Source: Synechococcus sp. (lineage in GTDB: Bacteria; Cyanobacteriota; Cyanobacteriia; PCC-6307; Cyanobiaceae). From it: a DNA stretch of 64,000 nt. A model generated the notes under the pieces. That model was not told the DNA's origin. It did not search any database and was given only the letters and a program-made list of their open reading frames with translations. Shown in pieces: positions 10,695 to 19,747 of this stretch. Location: the NCBI GenBank assembly GCA_047285305.1, contig JBJBDL010000003.1:256001-320000 (forward strand). The letters run 5' to 3'. Within the stretch, counting starts at the first letter, position 1. Each line of letters starts with the position of its first letter. Position numbers and translations under genes: made by a program.

Positions 10695-11714
10695 ATGGCC
10701 TTCGATTCCAATACAAAACTACTGATTACCGGAGGGACCGGAAGCTTTGGCAAAGCATTTATCAAAAAAATACTGGAAAAACATGCAAACATACGAAGAT
10801 TAGTTATATATAGTAGGGACGAGCTGAAGCAGTGGGAGCTACAACAAATTTTCCCACGCGAAAAGTATCCACAACTTAGATTCTTCTTGGGCGATGTACG
10901 TGATCAGGATCGACTGAGAAGAGCACTAGAGGGGGTAGATACAGTCGTGCACGCTGCCGCACTAAAACAAGTCCCTGCGGCAGAATACAATCCAATTGAA
11001 TTTGTGAAAACAAATGTACTTGGAGCAGAGAATATAATCCAAGCATGCATGGACACTTCCGTGAAAAGGGTTGTAGCACTAAGCACAGACAAAGCAGCAG
11101 CCCCTATTAACCTTTATGGAGCAACAAAACTATGCTCTGACAAATTGTTTGTAGCAGCAAATAATATAAAAGGACGAAGAGATTTAAAGTTTTCGGTTGT
11201 AAGGTATGGGAACGTGATGGGATCGAGAGGCTCAGTAATACCATTCTTTTTAGAAAAGGCTAAAACAGGCGTATTGCCGATAACGGACGAAAGAATGACA
11301 AGATTCAACATAACAATAAGAGAGGGAGTTGAAATGGTGATATGGACATTAAACAACGCATTAGGCGGCGAGGTATTTGTTCCCAAAATACCAAGTTACA
11401 GAATAATTGATGTAGCAAAAGCAATCGGTCCAAAATGCAAAAGAGAAGTCGTTGGAATACGCCCGGGCGAAAAAATACATGAAGAAATGATCACAAGCTC
11501 TGACAGCTATACGACAATTGACCTAGGAAAGTATTTTGCCATACTTTCAAGCGATGGATCAACACGAAGAGAATACATAAAACACGGAAAAACATTCGAG
11601 CCAGTCACTGATGGCTATTCATATAATTCAGGAAATAATGTGGAATTCCTAAGCGTGGAACAAATACGAGAGCTCATCAAAGAGAATATCGACAATAACT
11701 TTGAACCTGTCTAG
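10695..11714 (+). CDS. pseB: UDP-N-acetylglucosamine 4,6-dehydratase (inverting)
   Basis: ITGGTGSFG, YSRDELKQ, HAAALKQVP, STDKA, YGATK, RYGNVMGSRGSV and GIRPGEKIHE motifs. Confidence 0.92.
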   Translation: MAFDSNTKLLITGGTGSFGKAFIKKILEKHANIRRLVIYSRDELKQWELQQIFPREKYPQLRFFLGDVRDQDRLRRALEGVDTVVHAAALKQVPAAEYNPIEFVKTNVLGAENIIQACMDTSVKRVVALSTDKAAAPINLYGATKLCSDKLFVAANNIKGRRDLKFSVVRYGNVMGSRGSVIPFFLEKAKTGVLPITDERMTRFNITIREGVEMVIWTLNNALGGEVFVPKIPSYRIIDVAKAIGPKCKREVVGIRPGEKIHEEMITSSDSYTTIDLGKYFAILSSDGSTRREYIKHGKTFEPVTDGYSYNSGNNVEFLSVEQIRELIKENIDNNFEPV

Positions 11715-11722
11715 AAAGCAAA

Positions 11723-12883
11723 ATGAAACACATACCCTACGGCAGACACAAAGTAGAACAGAATGATATCGATGAGATAACGAAAGTCTTGAAAAGCAAT
11801 TTTCTAACGCAAGGACCTAAAGTAGAGGAATTTGAGGCGAAAATATGTGATCTTGTTCAAGCTGAAAATGGTGTTGCAGTAAATAGTGCAACAAGCGCAC
11901 TTCACATAGCGTGTTTGGCACTTGACCTTAAAAAAGGGGATTACCTATGGACAAGCCCAAACACCTTCGTAGCGTCAGCAAATTGCGGAATTTACTGTGG
12001 AGCAAAAGTAGACTTTGTTGACATTGAAAAGAGTACAGGGCTGATGTGTACAAAACAACTTGAGACTAAACTAAAGAAAGCAAAAAAAGAATCTAGGCTT
12101 CCAAAAATTGTTGTACCGGTCCACTTATGTGGGACAAGCTGTGACATGAAAAGAATTAAAGAGTTATCAACAATATATGATTTTAAGATAATAGAAGATG
12201 CAAGCCATGCAATTGGGGGAAGATATAAAGAAAAACCAGTCGGCAGTTGCGAATACAGTGATGTAACAGTATTCAGTTTTCATCCTGTGAAAATAATAAC
12301 TACAGGAGAAGGAGGGATGGCAATGACCAATTCGACCGAGTTAGCAGAAAAGATGAAATTGCTAAGGTGTCATGGAATAACAAAAGAGAATAGTAGATTT
12401 AAAGAAAAAGATTTCAGCCCATGGCACTATGAGCAACAATTACTTGGTTTCAACTATAGAATGAACGATATTGAAGCAGTCTTAGGTATAAGCCAAGCAA
12501 ACAGGATTAATGAAATAGTTAAGGAAAGGAACAGAATAAGAGATTCATATGTGGAGAATATAGTGCACGAAGACCTAGAGTTCCTTGAGATACCTAAGAA
12601 CACGGTCAGCTCAGTTCACCTAGTAGTTGCTAGATTAATAAACAAAACGCCAGGAGAACATAAAATAGTATTTAATAAGCTAAGAGAATCAGGAATTGGA
12701 GTACAACTGCATTATGCACCAGTACATTTACAGCCATATTATAAAAGTCTAGGCTTTAAGGAGGGCCAATACAAAACAGCGGAAGAATATGCAAGGAGCG
12801 CAATTAGTTTACCAGTATATCCAGGACTAAAGGATATAGAACTAGAATATATATATGTCACAATACGCGAAGCATTGAAATGA
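11723..12883 (+). CDS. pseC: UDP-4-amino-4,6-dideoxy-N-acetyl-L-altrosamine transaminase (DegT family)
   Basis: IPYGRH, FLTQGP, NSATSALH, EDASHA and FSFHPVKIITTGEGG motifs; directly follows pseB. Confidence 0.88.
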   Translation: MKHIPYGRHKVEQNDIDEITKVLKSNFLTQGPKVEEFEAKICDLVQAENGVAVNSATSALHIACLALDLKKGDYLWTSPNTFVASANCGIYCGAKVDFVDIEKSTGLMCTKQLETKLKKAKKESRLPKIVVPVHLCGTSCDMKRIKELSTIYDFKIIEDASHAIGGRYKEKPVGSCEYSDVTVFSFHPVKIITTGEGGMAMTNSTELAEKMKLLRCHGITKENSRFKEKDFSPWHYEQQLLGFNYRMNDIEAVLGISQANRINEIVKERNRIRDSYVENIVHEDLEFLEIPKNTVSSVHLVVARLINKTPGEHKIVFNKLRESGIGVQLHYAPVHLQPYYKSLGFKEGQYKTAEEYARSAISLPVYPGLKDIELEYIYVTIREALK

Positions 12884-13773
12884 CTGACAACACGAGGAAA
12901 TTGATTATCGGAACAGCGCAATGGGGGATAGATTACGGAATATCGAATAATGAAGGCAAAACAGATTACGGCGAGGTAAAAAAGATATTAGAATTAGCAG
13001 AACAAAATAATATCAGCGCACTTGATACTGCAAAAGCATATGGTGACTCAGAAAAAGTAATCGGAAATCTAAAAAGTAATGAGACAGAAGTAATAACAAA
13101 AGTAATAATAGGAAATCAGGATAGAGATGCTAGGCAAATCAAAACGATGATAAGGGCAAGTGTATATGAGTCGTACGAAATAATGGGTCGCACTCCGCTG
13201 AGAGGTGTGTTGGTTCATGACCCAAAGAACATGAGGTCAAACGAGGAAAATACAGGTTGGGAAACATTGAGATCAATGAAGGAAGAAGGTTATATAGAGA
13301 GACTGGGGTTGTCAATCGAAGACCCAAATGAAGCAATTGAATTGAGCAAATTATATATACCGGACATAATACAAATGCCAATGAATGTATTTGATCAAAG
13401 GGCAACCAAAAGTGGTGCCCTAGAGGGGCTGAAAAAAAGAGGAATAGAGATACATATAAGATCTGTTTTTCTTCAGGGATTGTTACTAATGAATCCAAAG
13501 GATATAGACAACTATTTTAAACCATGGATCAACAATATCGCAAATTGGCAAGAATATTGCCAAAATGAAAATAGAACCAGAATAGAAGGGGCACTACTAC
13601 CAATAATAAGAGAAGAATTAATAGATAAGTTTATCGTAGGCATAGCAAGCTCACAGCAACTCAAGGAAATACTAAAAGCGTTAGAGAATCTAGGCGAAAC
13701 AAAGTCTGTAGAAGATTTCTCCATAGATGATAATAAATTGATTAACCCGAGCAGGTGGGAGATTGCAAAGTGA
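12880..13773 (+). CDS. Aldo/keto reductase (polysaccharide-locus type)
   Basis: IGTAQWGIDYG, LDTAKAYGDSE and IHIRSVFLQGLL motifs; ATGA overlap with pseC. Confidence 0.85.
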   Translation: MTDNTRKLIIGTAQWGIDYGISNNEGKTDYGEVKKILELAEQNNISALDTAKAYGDSEKVIGNLKSNETEVITKVIIGNQDRDARQIKTMIRASVYESYEIMGRTPLRGVLVHDPKNMRSNEENTGWETLRSMKEEGYIERLGLSIEDPNEAIELSKLYIPDIIQMPMNVFDQRATKSGALEGLKKRGIEIHIRSVFLQGLLLMNPKDIDNYFKPWINNIANWQEYCQNENRTRIEGALLPIIREELIDKFIVGIASSQQLKEILKALENLGETKSVEDFSIDDNKLINPSRWEIAK

Positions 13774-14651
13774 GACTAGGGATAATAGGTATGTCTAAAG
13801 GGAACGGACATCCGTACTCTTGGTCTGCAATATTAAACGGGTTTGATGAAAAACAGATTGACAAATGTGAGTTTAGTACAATACCAAAATATCTAAGAGA
13901 GAATAGAGATAAAATAGGCCTAGGTGATAATACAAAGGTAACTCATATATGGACGCAGGATAATAGAGTAACGGAAAGAATTGCAAGGGCTACGAAAATA
14001 AGAAATACTTGCAATGACCTAAATGAAATGATTGATAACGTAGATGGAATCATGCTTGCAAGAGATGATAGCGAAAATCATCTTAAGTATGCTGAAAAAT
14101 TTCTTAAGGCCGGGATGCCAATTTACATTGACAAACCAATAGCGACAACAGTAGATATGGCAAGAAATTTATTCAATATGCAAGTTTATAACGGACAAAT
14201 TTATACATGTAGTGCCTTGAGATACTCAAAGGATTTCAAAATAGACAAGAATATCAGAGACAGTATTGGTAAAATCAAGAAAATAAGGGGGACGTCAATA
14301 AAAGACTGGGATAAGTATGCAGTGCATATAATCGAACCAGCATACTGTTTAATTAGGTCGACGGGCAATTTAATTAATAAAGCATTGAGTATTGAAGATG
14401 AAAAAACTTTACTGGAACTAAACTATGAGGAAATTACAATGATATTTGAAACAACCGGTCAACCAACTGGTGAAATACAACTAGAAATAATAGGGGAAAA
14501 AGGGACTATAACAAGAAGATTTAGCGATACATTTAGTGCATTTAAAAAATCATTAGAGATGTTTGTAAAAGCAGCAAAAGAAAAACGAGAAATAATATTA
14601 GAAGAAGAAGTTATAAATATAGTGAAAACTATTGAACTAGGAAAAGTATAA
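13770..14651 (+). CDS. Gfo/Idh/MocA-like oxidoreductase
   Basis: Rossmann-like RLGIIG start, GNGHPYSW and IYIDKPIA (EKP-type motif); GTG start overlaps the upstream stop. Confidence 0.65.
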   Translation: MRLGIIGMSKGNGHPYSWSAILNGFDEKQIDKCEFSTIPKYLRENRDKIGLGDNTKVTHIWTQDNRVTERIARATKIRNTCNDLNEMIDNVDGIMLARDDSENHLKYAEKFLKAGMPIYIDKPIATTVDMARNLFNMQVYNGQIYTCSALRYSKDFKIDKNIRDSIGKIKKIRGTSIKDWDKYAVHIIEPAYCLIRSTGNLINKALSIEDEKTLLELNYEEITMIFETTGQPTGEIQLEIIGEKGTITRRFSDTFSAFKKSLEMFVKAAKEKREIILEEEVINIVKTIELGKV

Positions 14652-14740
14652 AAATCAGAGCCAGGAGACAATAGAAGAAGTGACAAAGAATACCACGTAG
14701 GGACGCAAGTGGATTAAAATAAAGCATTAGTCTAGGATTA

Positions 14741-15937
14741 ATGAAAAACACGTGGCGATTCAATGGAAATGAGAAAAAATATCTCGATGAAGTAATATCT
14801 GGAAACATGATATCATCAACAAGTGGAAATATGAATCAGAGATTTGAAAAAGCATTTGCAGAATATGCAGACTTAGATTATGCAATTACATTTAACTCTG
14901 GCACCTCAACTCTACATGCCGCACTACATGCCTGCGAGGTACACGCAGGTGATGAGGTAATAATCCCACCGTTAACGGTAATATCAAATGCTGATGTGGT
15001 GTTTGCTCAACATGCGATACCAGTATTTTGCGACGTAGACGAAAATACATGGAATATGTCAGCAGAAGTAGCAGAACGTCTGATAACTAAGAGGACGAAA
15101 GCGATAATGCCAGTATCGCTATATGGTTTAAGTGCAGATCTAGAAGCGTTCGAGAAAATAGGAAAAAAGTATGGAATACCAATAATAAATGATGCAGCAG
15201 AAGCATTTGGAGCCACTTGTAATGGAAAAAATATAAATCAACAAGCTGATATCACATCATATTCCCTAGAAAATTCAAAACACATCACAACAGGAGATGG
15301 AGGGATCGTAGTGACTAATAATGAAGAATTGGCCATAAAGATGAGAAAGTTTGGTTCACTAAGCTACGGCGCAATGAAAGCTGGAGACGGAAGAATAAGA
15401 TTAAACAAGTCAGTATTTCAGAATCCAAGCTACTCGAGACATGATGATATAGGCTTAAACTACAGAATGCCAGAGGTTGCAGCCGCGATCGGTCTAGCAC
15501 AACTAGAAAGAATAGAATATTTTATAAGTAAAAGAATAGAGTCAGCAGCAGCACATAGAAGGGCGATTGAAAAATGTGATTGGCTGATAGAACAAATGAC
15601 ACCAAACAACTACAGGCATACACAGTGGACTTTTGTAGTTAAAATAAAAAGGGATGATATAAATTGGCTAGAATTCAAAAAAAGATTTGAAGAATTTGGG
15701 GGTGACGGCCCGTTTGGATGTTGGAAAATCACATATCAAGAACAGCTATTCACAAACAGAGCATTTGAAAGACTAAACCCATCACAGTACAAGGAGATAA
15801 GTTATGAAGCAGGGATTTGTCCTATAGCGGAAAAGATACAACCCAGATTGTTACAATTTTCGACCAATCAAGGTACAGATAAAGAGATACAAGACCAAGT
15901 GAATGCACTTCAAAAAACAATTACATCGTTTGAATAG
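14741..15937 (+). CDS. DegT/DnrJ/EryC1/StrS sugar aminotransferase
   Basis: FNSGTSTLH, NDAAEAFG, SLENSKHITTGDGG and NYRMPE motifs. Confidence 0.9.
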   Translation: MKNTWRFNGNEKKYLDEVISGNMISSTSGNMNQRFEKAFAEYADLDYAITFNSGTSTLHAALHACEVHAGDEVIIPPLTVISNADVVFAQHAIPVFCDVDENTWNMSAEVAERLITKRTKAIMPVSLYGLSADLEAFEKIGKKYGIPIINDAAEAFGATCNGKNINQQADITSYSLENSKHITTGDGGIVVTNNEELAIKMRKFGSLSYGAMKAGDGRIRLNKSVFQNPSYSRHDDIGLNYRMPEVAAAIGLAQLERIEYFISKRIESAAAHRRAIEKCDWLIEQMTPNNYRHTQWTFVVKIKRDDINWLEFKKRFEEFGGDGPFGCWKITYQEQLFTNRAFERLNPSQYKEISYEAGICPIAEKIQPRLLQFSTNQGTDKEIQDQVNALQKTITSFE

Positions 15938-16729
15938 ATGGAAGAACAGATTCCTATAATTATTCAAGCGAGGCAAAGCTCGAGTAGATTGCCATCAAAA
16001 GTGATGACAAACTTTTGCAATTCAATGAAGATGATAGAGTTTCAATATAAGAGGCTTAAAACATACTTTAATGAGGTAATAGTAGCAACGTCAAGCAATT
16101 CTACGGACGATAGTATGTGCTCATACCTAGAAGACAAAGGGATTAAATATCATAGAGGTTCATTAGATAACGTAATGAGGAGATTGATTGAATGCCATGA
16201 AAACTACTTTGCTAATACTAGCCAATGGTTTGTTCGCGTTGGAGGTGATGACCCTTTAGTAAGTATCGAGGGAATAAAATGGTTATACAACGAGCTACAA
16301 ACTCGAGCGGACAATAGAGATATCGCTATGATGTACAACAGTTACGACGAAGGAATGATTTATGGATGTGGTGTAGAAATATTTAATGCCAAACACTTCA
16401 AAGAGGTACTTAAAAAAACAGAAATGATTGAATTAGGAGCCAAGAGAATATATCATGAACATACAAAACCAGCGTTCCATGATAAGGGTCTTCAAGAAGA
16501 AATAGGGTTTAAAATCGTGAAGGGTATAGTTCCAGAATACGCAAAGTATAAAGGCGTATATTTAAGCATAGATTATCCACAGGATTTTTTACTGTGCAGC
16601 TACATAGCGAATCAATTGGTTGAAGAAAAAGGGATTGGATACAAACATAGCGACCTTATAAATATGTTGAATATAATGCCCGAAAGGCTATTGATAAATA
16701 GAGAACTACATGATGGGTTCGGGGAATAG
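15938..16729 (+). CDS. Cytidylyltransferase, SpsF / CMP-nonulosonate synthetase-like
   Basis: IIQARQSSSRLPSKV, RGSLDNVMRR, VRVGGDDP and SIDYPQD motifs. Confidence 0.8.
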   Translation: MEEQIPIIIQARQSSSRLPSKVMTNFCNSMKMIEFQYKRLKTYFNEVIVATSSNSTDDSMCSYLEDKGIKYHRGSLDNVMRRLIECHENYFANTSQWFVRVGGDDPLVSIEGIKWLYNELQTRADNRDIAMMYNSYDEGMIYGCGVEIFNAKHFKEVLKKTEMIELGAKRIYHEHTKPAFHDKGLQEEIGFKIVKGIVPEYAKYKGVYLSIDYPQDFLLCSYIANQLVEEKGIGYKHSDLINMLNIMPERLLINRELHDGFGE

Positions 16730-17038
16730 AGAAAACAAAGATGTGATGATAGAAGGAGAAATAGCAAACAAATAAAATGCTAAAAAGCAAATTGTGCATG
16801 AAGCCTTCTCAAGGGATTGTGGCTCTACCACTCCATGTATGGGACGGGAATTAGATAGCAGAATACTCCTGGGGGCTCTTGCAGCAAATGAAAATAGTTT
16901 GATGGTAATAGCACATGAATATAATATGTCACCAATAGATAAAGCGTATGAAAAAATATTCTACATAGGGGCTGGTCGCCAAATTTACAGTAAACTTAGA
17001 ACAGAAGAATGGTAAACCCCTGTATTTCTGATAAGGTC

Positions 17039-18304
17039 TTAAGTAATAGGTTTAATCAAGCCCTTAGAATGCAGTAATTCTGCTAATTCAAGTAACTGAA
17101 AATATGGTACTGCTAGGATATCTGCAATAGATAGCAAATCTAAAGTACCATCGCTATAAGATAAGAGATCTAAAAGAATACGAACCGATTGATCATGATC
17201 ATGGGTTGAAATATCGTTGTACAGGTTATACTTACATAGCATCGGTTCGCAGGGGTTTAAAGCTTTATAAGTGAGATTAGATTCGAGAAGATCAACAAGC
17301 TTAACCAAGAAATTGTATGATTCTTCTAATGAAGTCTTGGTAACAAAATTTAGGTCATCTAAAGAAGTATGATACTCCTTAAAAGAAGCAAATTTTGAAC
17401 GCATTATGGTGCACATAGGAAGATCAACACCAGGCGAGCAGTATTGACGCTCATCACTACCTCTATCAGACCAAGAATAACGAGTATATTCAGATTTATA
17501 ATACCTGAGTAGATGATGTACTGCACGATCAGATATCGTTTCACCGCAACGAGAAGGTATAAATGAAAAATTGGAGGGATCACCTAAACAAGTCAGATTA
17601 AAAGCCGCAAAAACATTCGACTTTAAGGTCGTTAAATTTTTATAAATATAGGAAACTGAACCAATCGTTTCCGGGGCAAGAACAAAGCGATAAGTATAGT
17701 TTCGAATCGGCAATGAACTTATATAGGTATACAATTCAGATAAGACGACCGGGCCACTCAATTCATTATTTGCCATCGATGGATGACAAAGATAAGATGA
17801 GAAAAGGATTTCCTTTTGAGAATTGCCTTCTAGGATAGCGTCAGAATAAGTAAGCGATCCTTGAAATAGTTGAGAGTCAATATGAACTTTGTAAAACGCA
17901 TCAGTAAGACCTAATCTCTGATTATGAGATAGACAAAAACCCCAACGCGGTTGGTAATAGGAAGTAACGTAGGGAATAGCATCAGGGAGATCAGGTAATG
18001 AATATAAATGATCCTGCAGTTCAACATTTGATATTACAGAATCAACAGGCGTAGAATAGCTAACTATATGTAGATTATTGTCCTTTATGTCAATAAGTAT
18101 ATTACCATCAAGATCAGAAATGTAGGCGGAATTGACATTCCATTCAGGCGGTACAGTCCAATCGAAGACTTTTGTTCCCGAGGGAATATTGTGCAAGGTA
18201 AGAGTCGGGATTTTATATTGCTTTATCAAGTTAAAAGAGGCACGTATACCTTTACCAGTAATGCTTCGATGAATAGGCCAAAGTTTGTTTATTAGCTCCC
18301 ACAT
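17039..18304 (-). CDS. DUF4910 aminopeptidase-like protein (M28-related, C-terminal winged helix)
   Basis: RSITGKG, FDWTVPPEW, IPYVTSYY...WGFC, YLCHPSMANNELSGP, PETIGS, GSDERQY and EYHTSLD motifs. Confidence 0.88.
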   Translation of the reverse strand: MWELINKLWPIHRSITGKGIRASFNLIKQYKIPTLTLHNIPSGTKVFDWTVPPEWNVNSAYISDLDGNILIDIKDNNLHIVSYSTPVDSVISNVELQDHLYSLPDLPDAIPYVTSYYQPRWGFCLSHNQRLGLTDAFYKVHIDSQLFQGSLTYSDAILEGNSQKEILFSSYLCHPSMANNELSGPVVLSELYTYISSLPIRNYTYRFVLAPETIGSVSYIYKNLTTLKSNVFAAFNLTCLGDPSNFSFIPSRCGETISDRAVHHLLRYYKSEYTRYSWSDRGSDERQYCSPGVDLPMCTIMRSKFASFKEYHTSLDDLNFVTKTSLEESYNFLVKLVDLLESNLTYKALNPCEPMLCKYNLYNDISTHDHDQSVRILLDLLSYSDGTLDLLSIADILAVPYFQLLELAELLHSKGLIKPIT

Positions 18305-18307
18305 ACA

Positions 18308-19705
18308 TCAAGAACGAAGTGCACTTGTATAATCAAGAGATTTATCCGCATATCCAAATGATTTATAACTGGCTTCTATTGAAGCAAAACCAGATTTAAG
18401 GTAAAAAGATAAATTTAGAATACGAGATTCGTCAAAACAAGACTTATTAGAACTCAATATATGATCGTCGGAGTACAAGATAGAAAGTGGAGAAGTGATT
18501 ACGGAATTGTGGCGCATGAAGGCTGACATGATTTTGACAGGTAAAATTGAATTATGATATTCATCAGCAGAGACAGAGACCACAGGAATAATAATTTTGT
18601 TTGTCCACATGAAATCATCTCTACGTAAATATCTAGTCCGCTCAAGAAAAGACTGGTAACGATTAATAGAATTATGCATACTTGAGTTTGCAATAATAAA
18701 AACTATTGAGCTATCAACTAATTTAGAATGAATAATTCTTAGATCATCGGTATCTGACTGGAAAATACATCCATAACTATCGGTGGAATAGTTCTCACTC
18801 TCTCGGACCAATTTTGGTGGACATACATTGCATGCGATACATCTCTGATATGCATAATCATATAAAGGTAAGTCATTAAATTCATATAAGTCTGAGCTCA
18901 TAAGTGACTTTATTTGATTGGTAACAAGTGAATGGACATGATCAGAAGCAGGTTTATCAACAAAAAGAATGGTGGATTTAATTTTCTGACTTATTGTTGT
19001 AGAATTGGCATTATAATTAGAAAAGCGAGAAACATTATCTGCCAAAGCTTTAAGCAGACTAAAACCATAACTATCCGTAAGAACTGAGGAACGGTCTCCA
19101 GCTACGAGAGTAGCTCCATACTGTGAGACAGGGGGACCTGAACCAATAATATGAGCACCGAGACCTAAAGCCTCATAGAGGGCAAAAACAGAAGAAGTCT
19201 CTTGACCACCATTGCGTTTGGCACCAATAGTAACTGTTGAGAAGAACTTATTCTCTAAGAAATTGAAGTGGGAAGAAGCTAAATGAAAGAGTTTATTGGC
19301 AACAGAAGATTTGTCTCCAAAATAAACAGGTGTTATTAAAATAATAACATTGCACAAAGAAAGAGTCTCAACAACTAGAGAAACTTTTTCTGAGTCGTAA
19401 GATAAGGTGTCTGTCAATAACTGGGATTCAATGTCGAGCTCTTCTGATGCGAGTTGTTTATCATATACAACACGAGATTCTTCCTTGGAAGCGAAGACAC
19501 TATTAAGGGGAATTATGCGAGATTCAACCGAAAGTCTATCAAAATAATATTTGAGGTAGGAAGCTACACATTCACTATTAGAAAGGTTAGAAGAAGAAAA
19601 AGAAGGGAGATTTGTCAGTGATTCAGGACCTTGAGACCAATCAATGGTTGACAGGAACTCAGTAGAAGCCCGACATCTTATAGAACCAACGACTAGACCA
19701 ATCAT
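18308..19705 (-). CDS. Tandem flavodoxin / NADPH-dependent FMN reductase-like protein with Fe-S motif
   Basis: First domain ITPVYFGD and GAKRNGGQET; second domain CIACNVC...GCIF...DDL, resembling iron-sulfur flavoprotein. Confidence 0.7.
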   Translation of the reverse strand: MIGLVVGSIRCRASTEFLSTIDWSQGPESLTNLPSFSSSNLSNSECVASYLKYYFDRLSVESRIIPLNSVFASKEESRVVYDKQLASEELDIESQLLTDTLSYDSEKVSLVVETLSLCNVIILITPVYFGDKSSVANKLFHLASSHFNFLENKFFSTVTIGAKRNGGQETSSVFALYEALGLGAHIIGSGPPVSQYGATLVAGDRSSVLTDSYGFSLLKALADNVSRFSNYNANSTTISQKIKSTILFVDKPASDHVHSLVTNQIKSLMSSDLYEFNDLPLYDYAYQRCIACNVCPPKLVRESENYSTDSYGCIFQSDTDDLRIIHSKLVDSSIVFIIANSSMHNSINRYQSFLERTRYLRRDDFMWTNKIIIPVVSVSADEYHNSILPVKIMSAFMRHNSVITSPLSILYSDDHILSSNKSCFDESRILNLSFYLKSGFASIEASYKSFGYADKSLDYTSALRS

Positions 19706-19747
19706 TAGATATAGATGCTATTCTATTGACTGTAGCACACTGAATGA

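Noticed and set aside
16710..17015. 73-aa ORF 16794..17015, extendable to ATG 16710 across one TAA at 16773
   Set aside because: No recognisable family; could be a remnant or a chance frame in A-rich DNA, so too weak to call.
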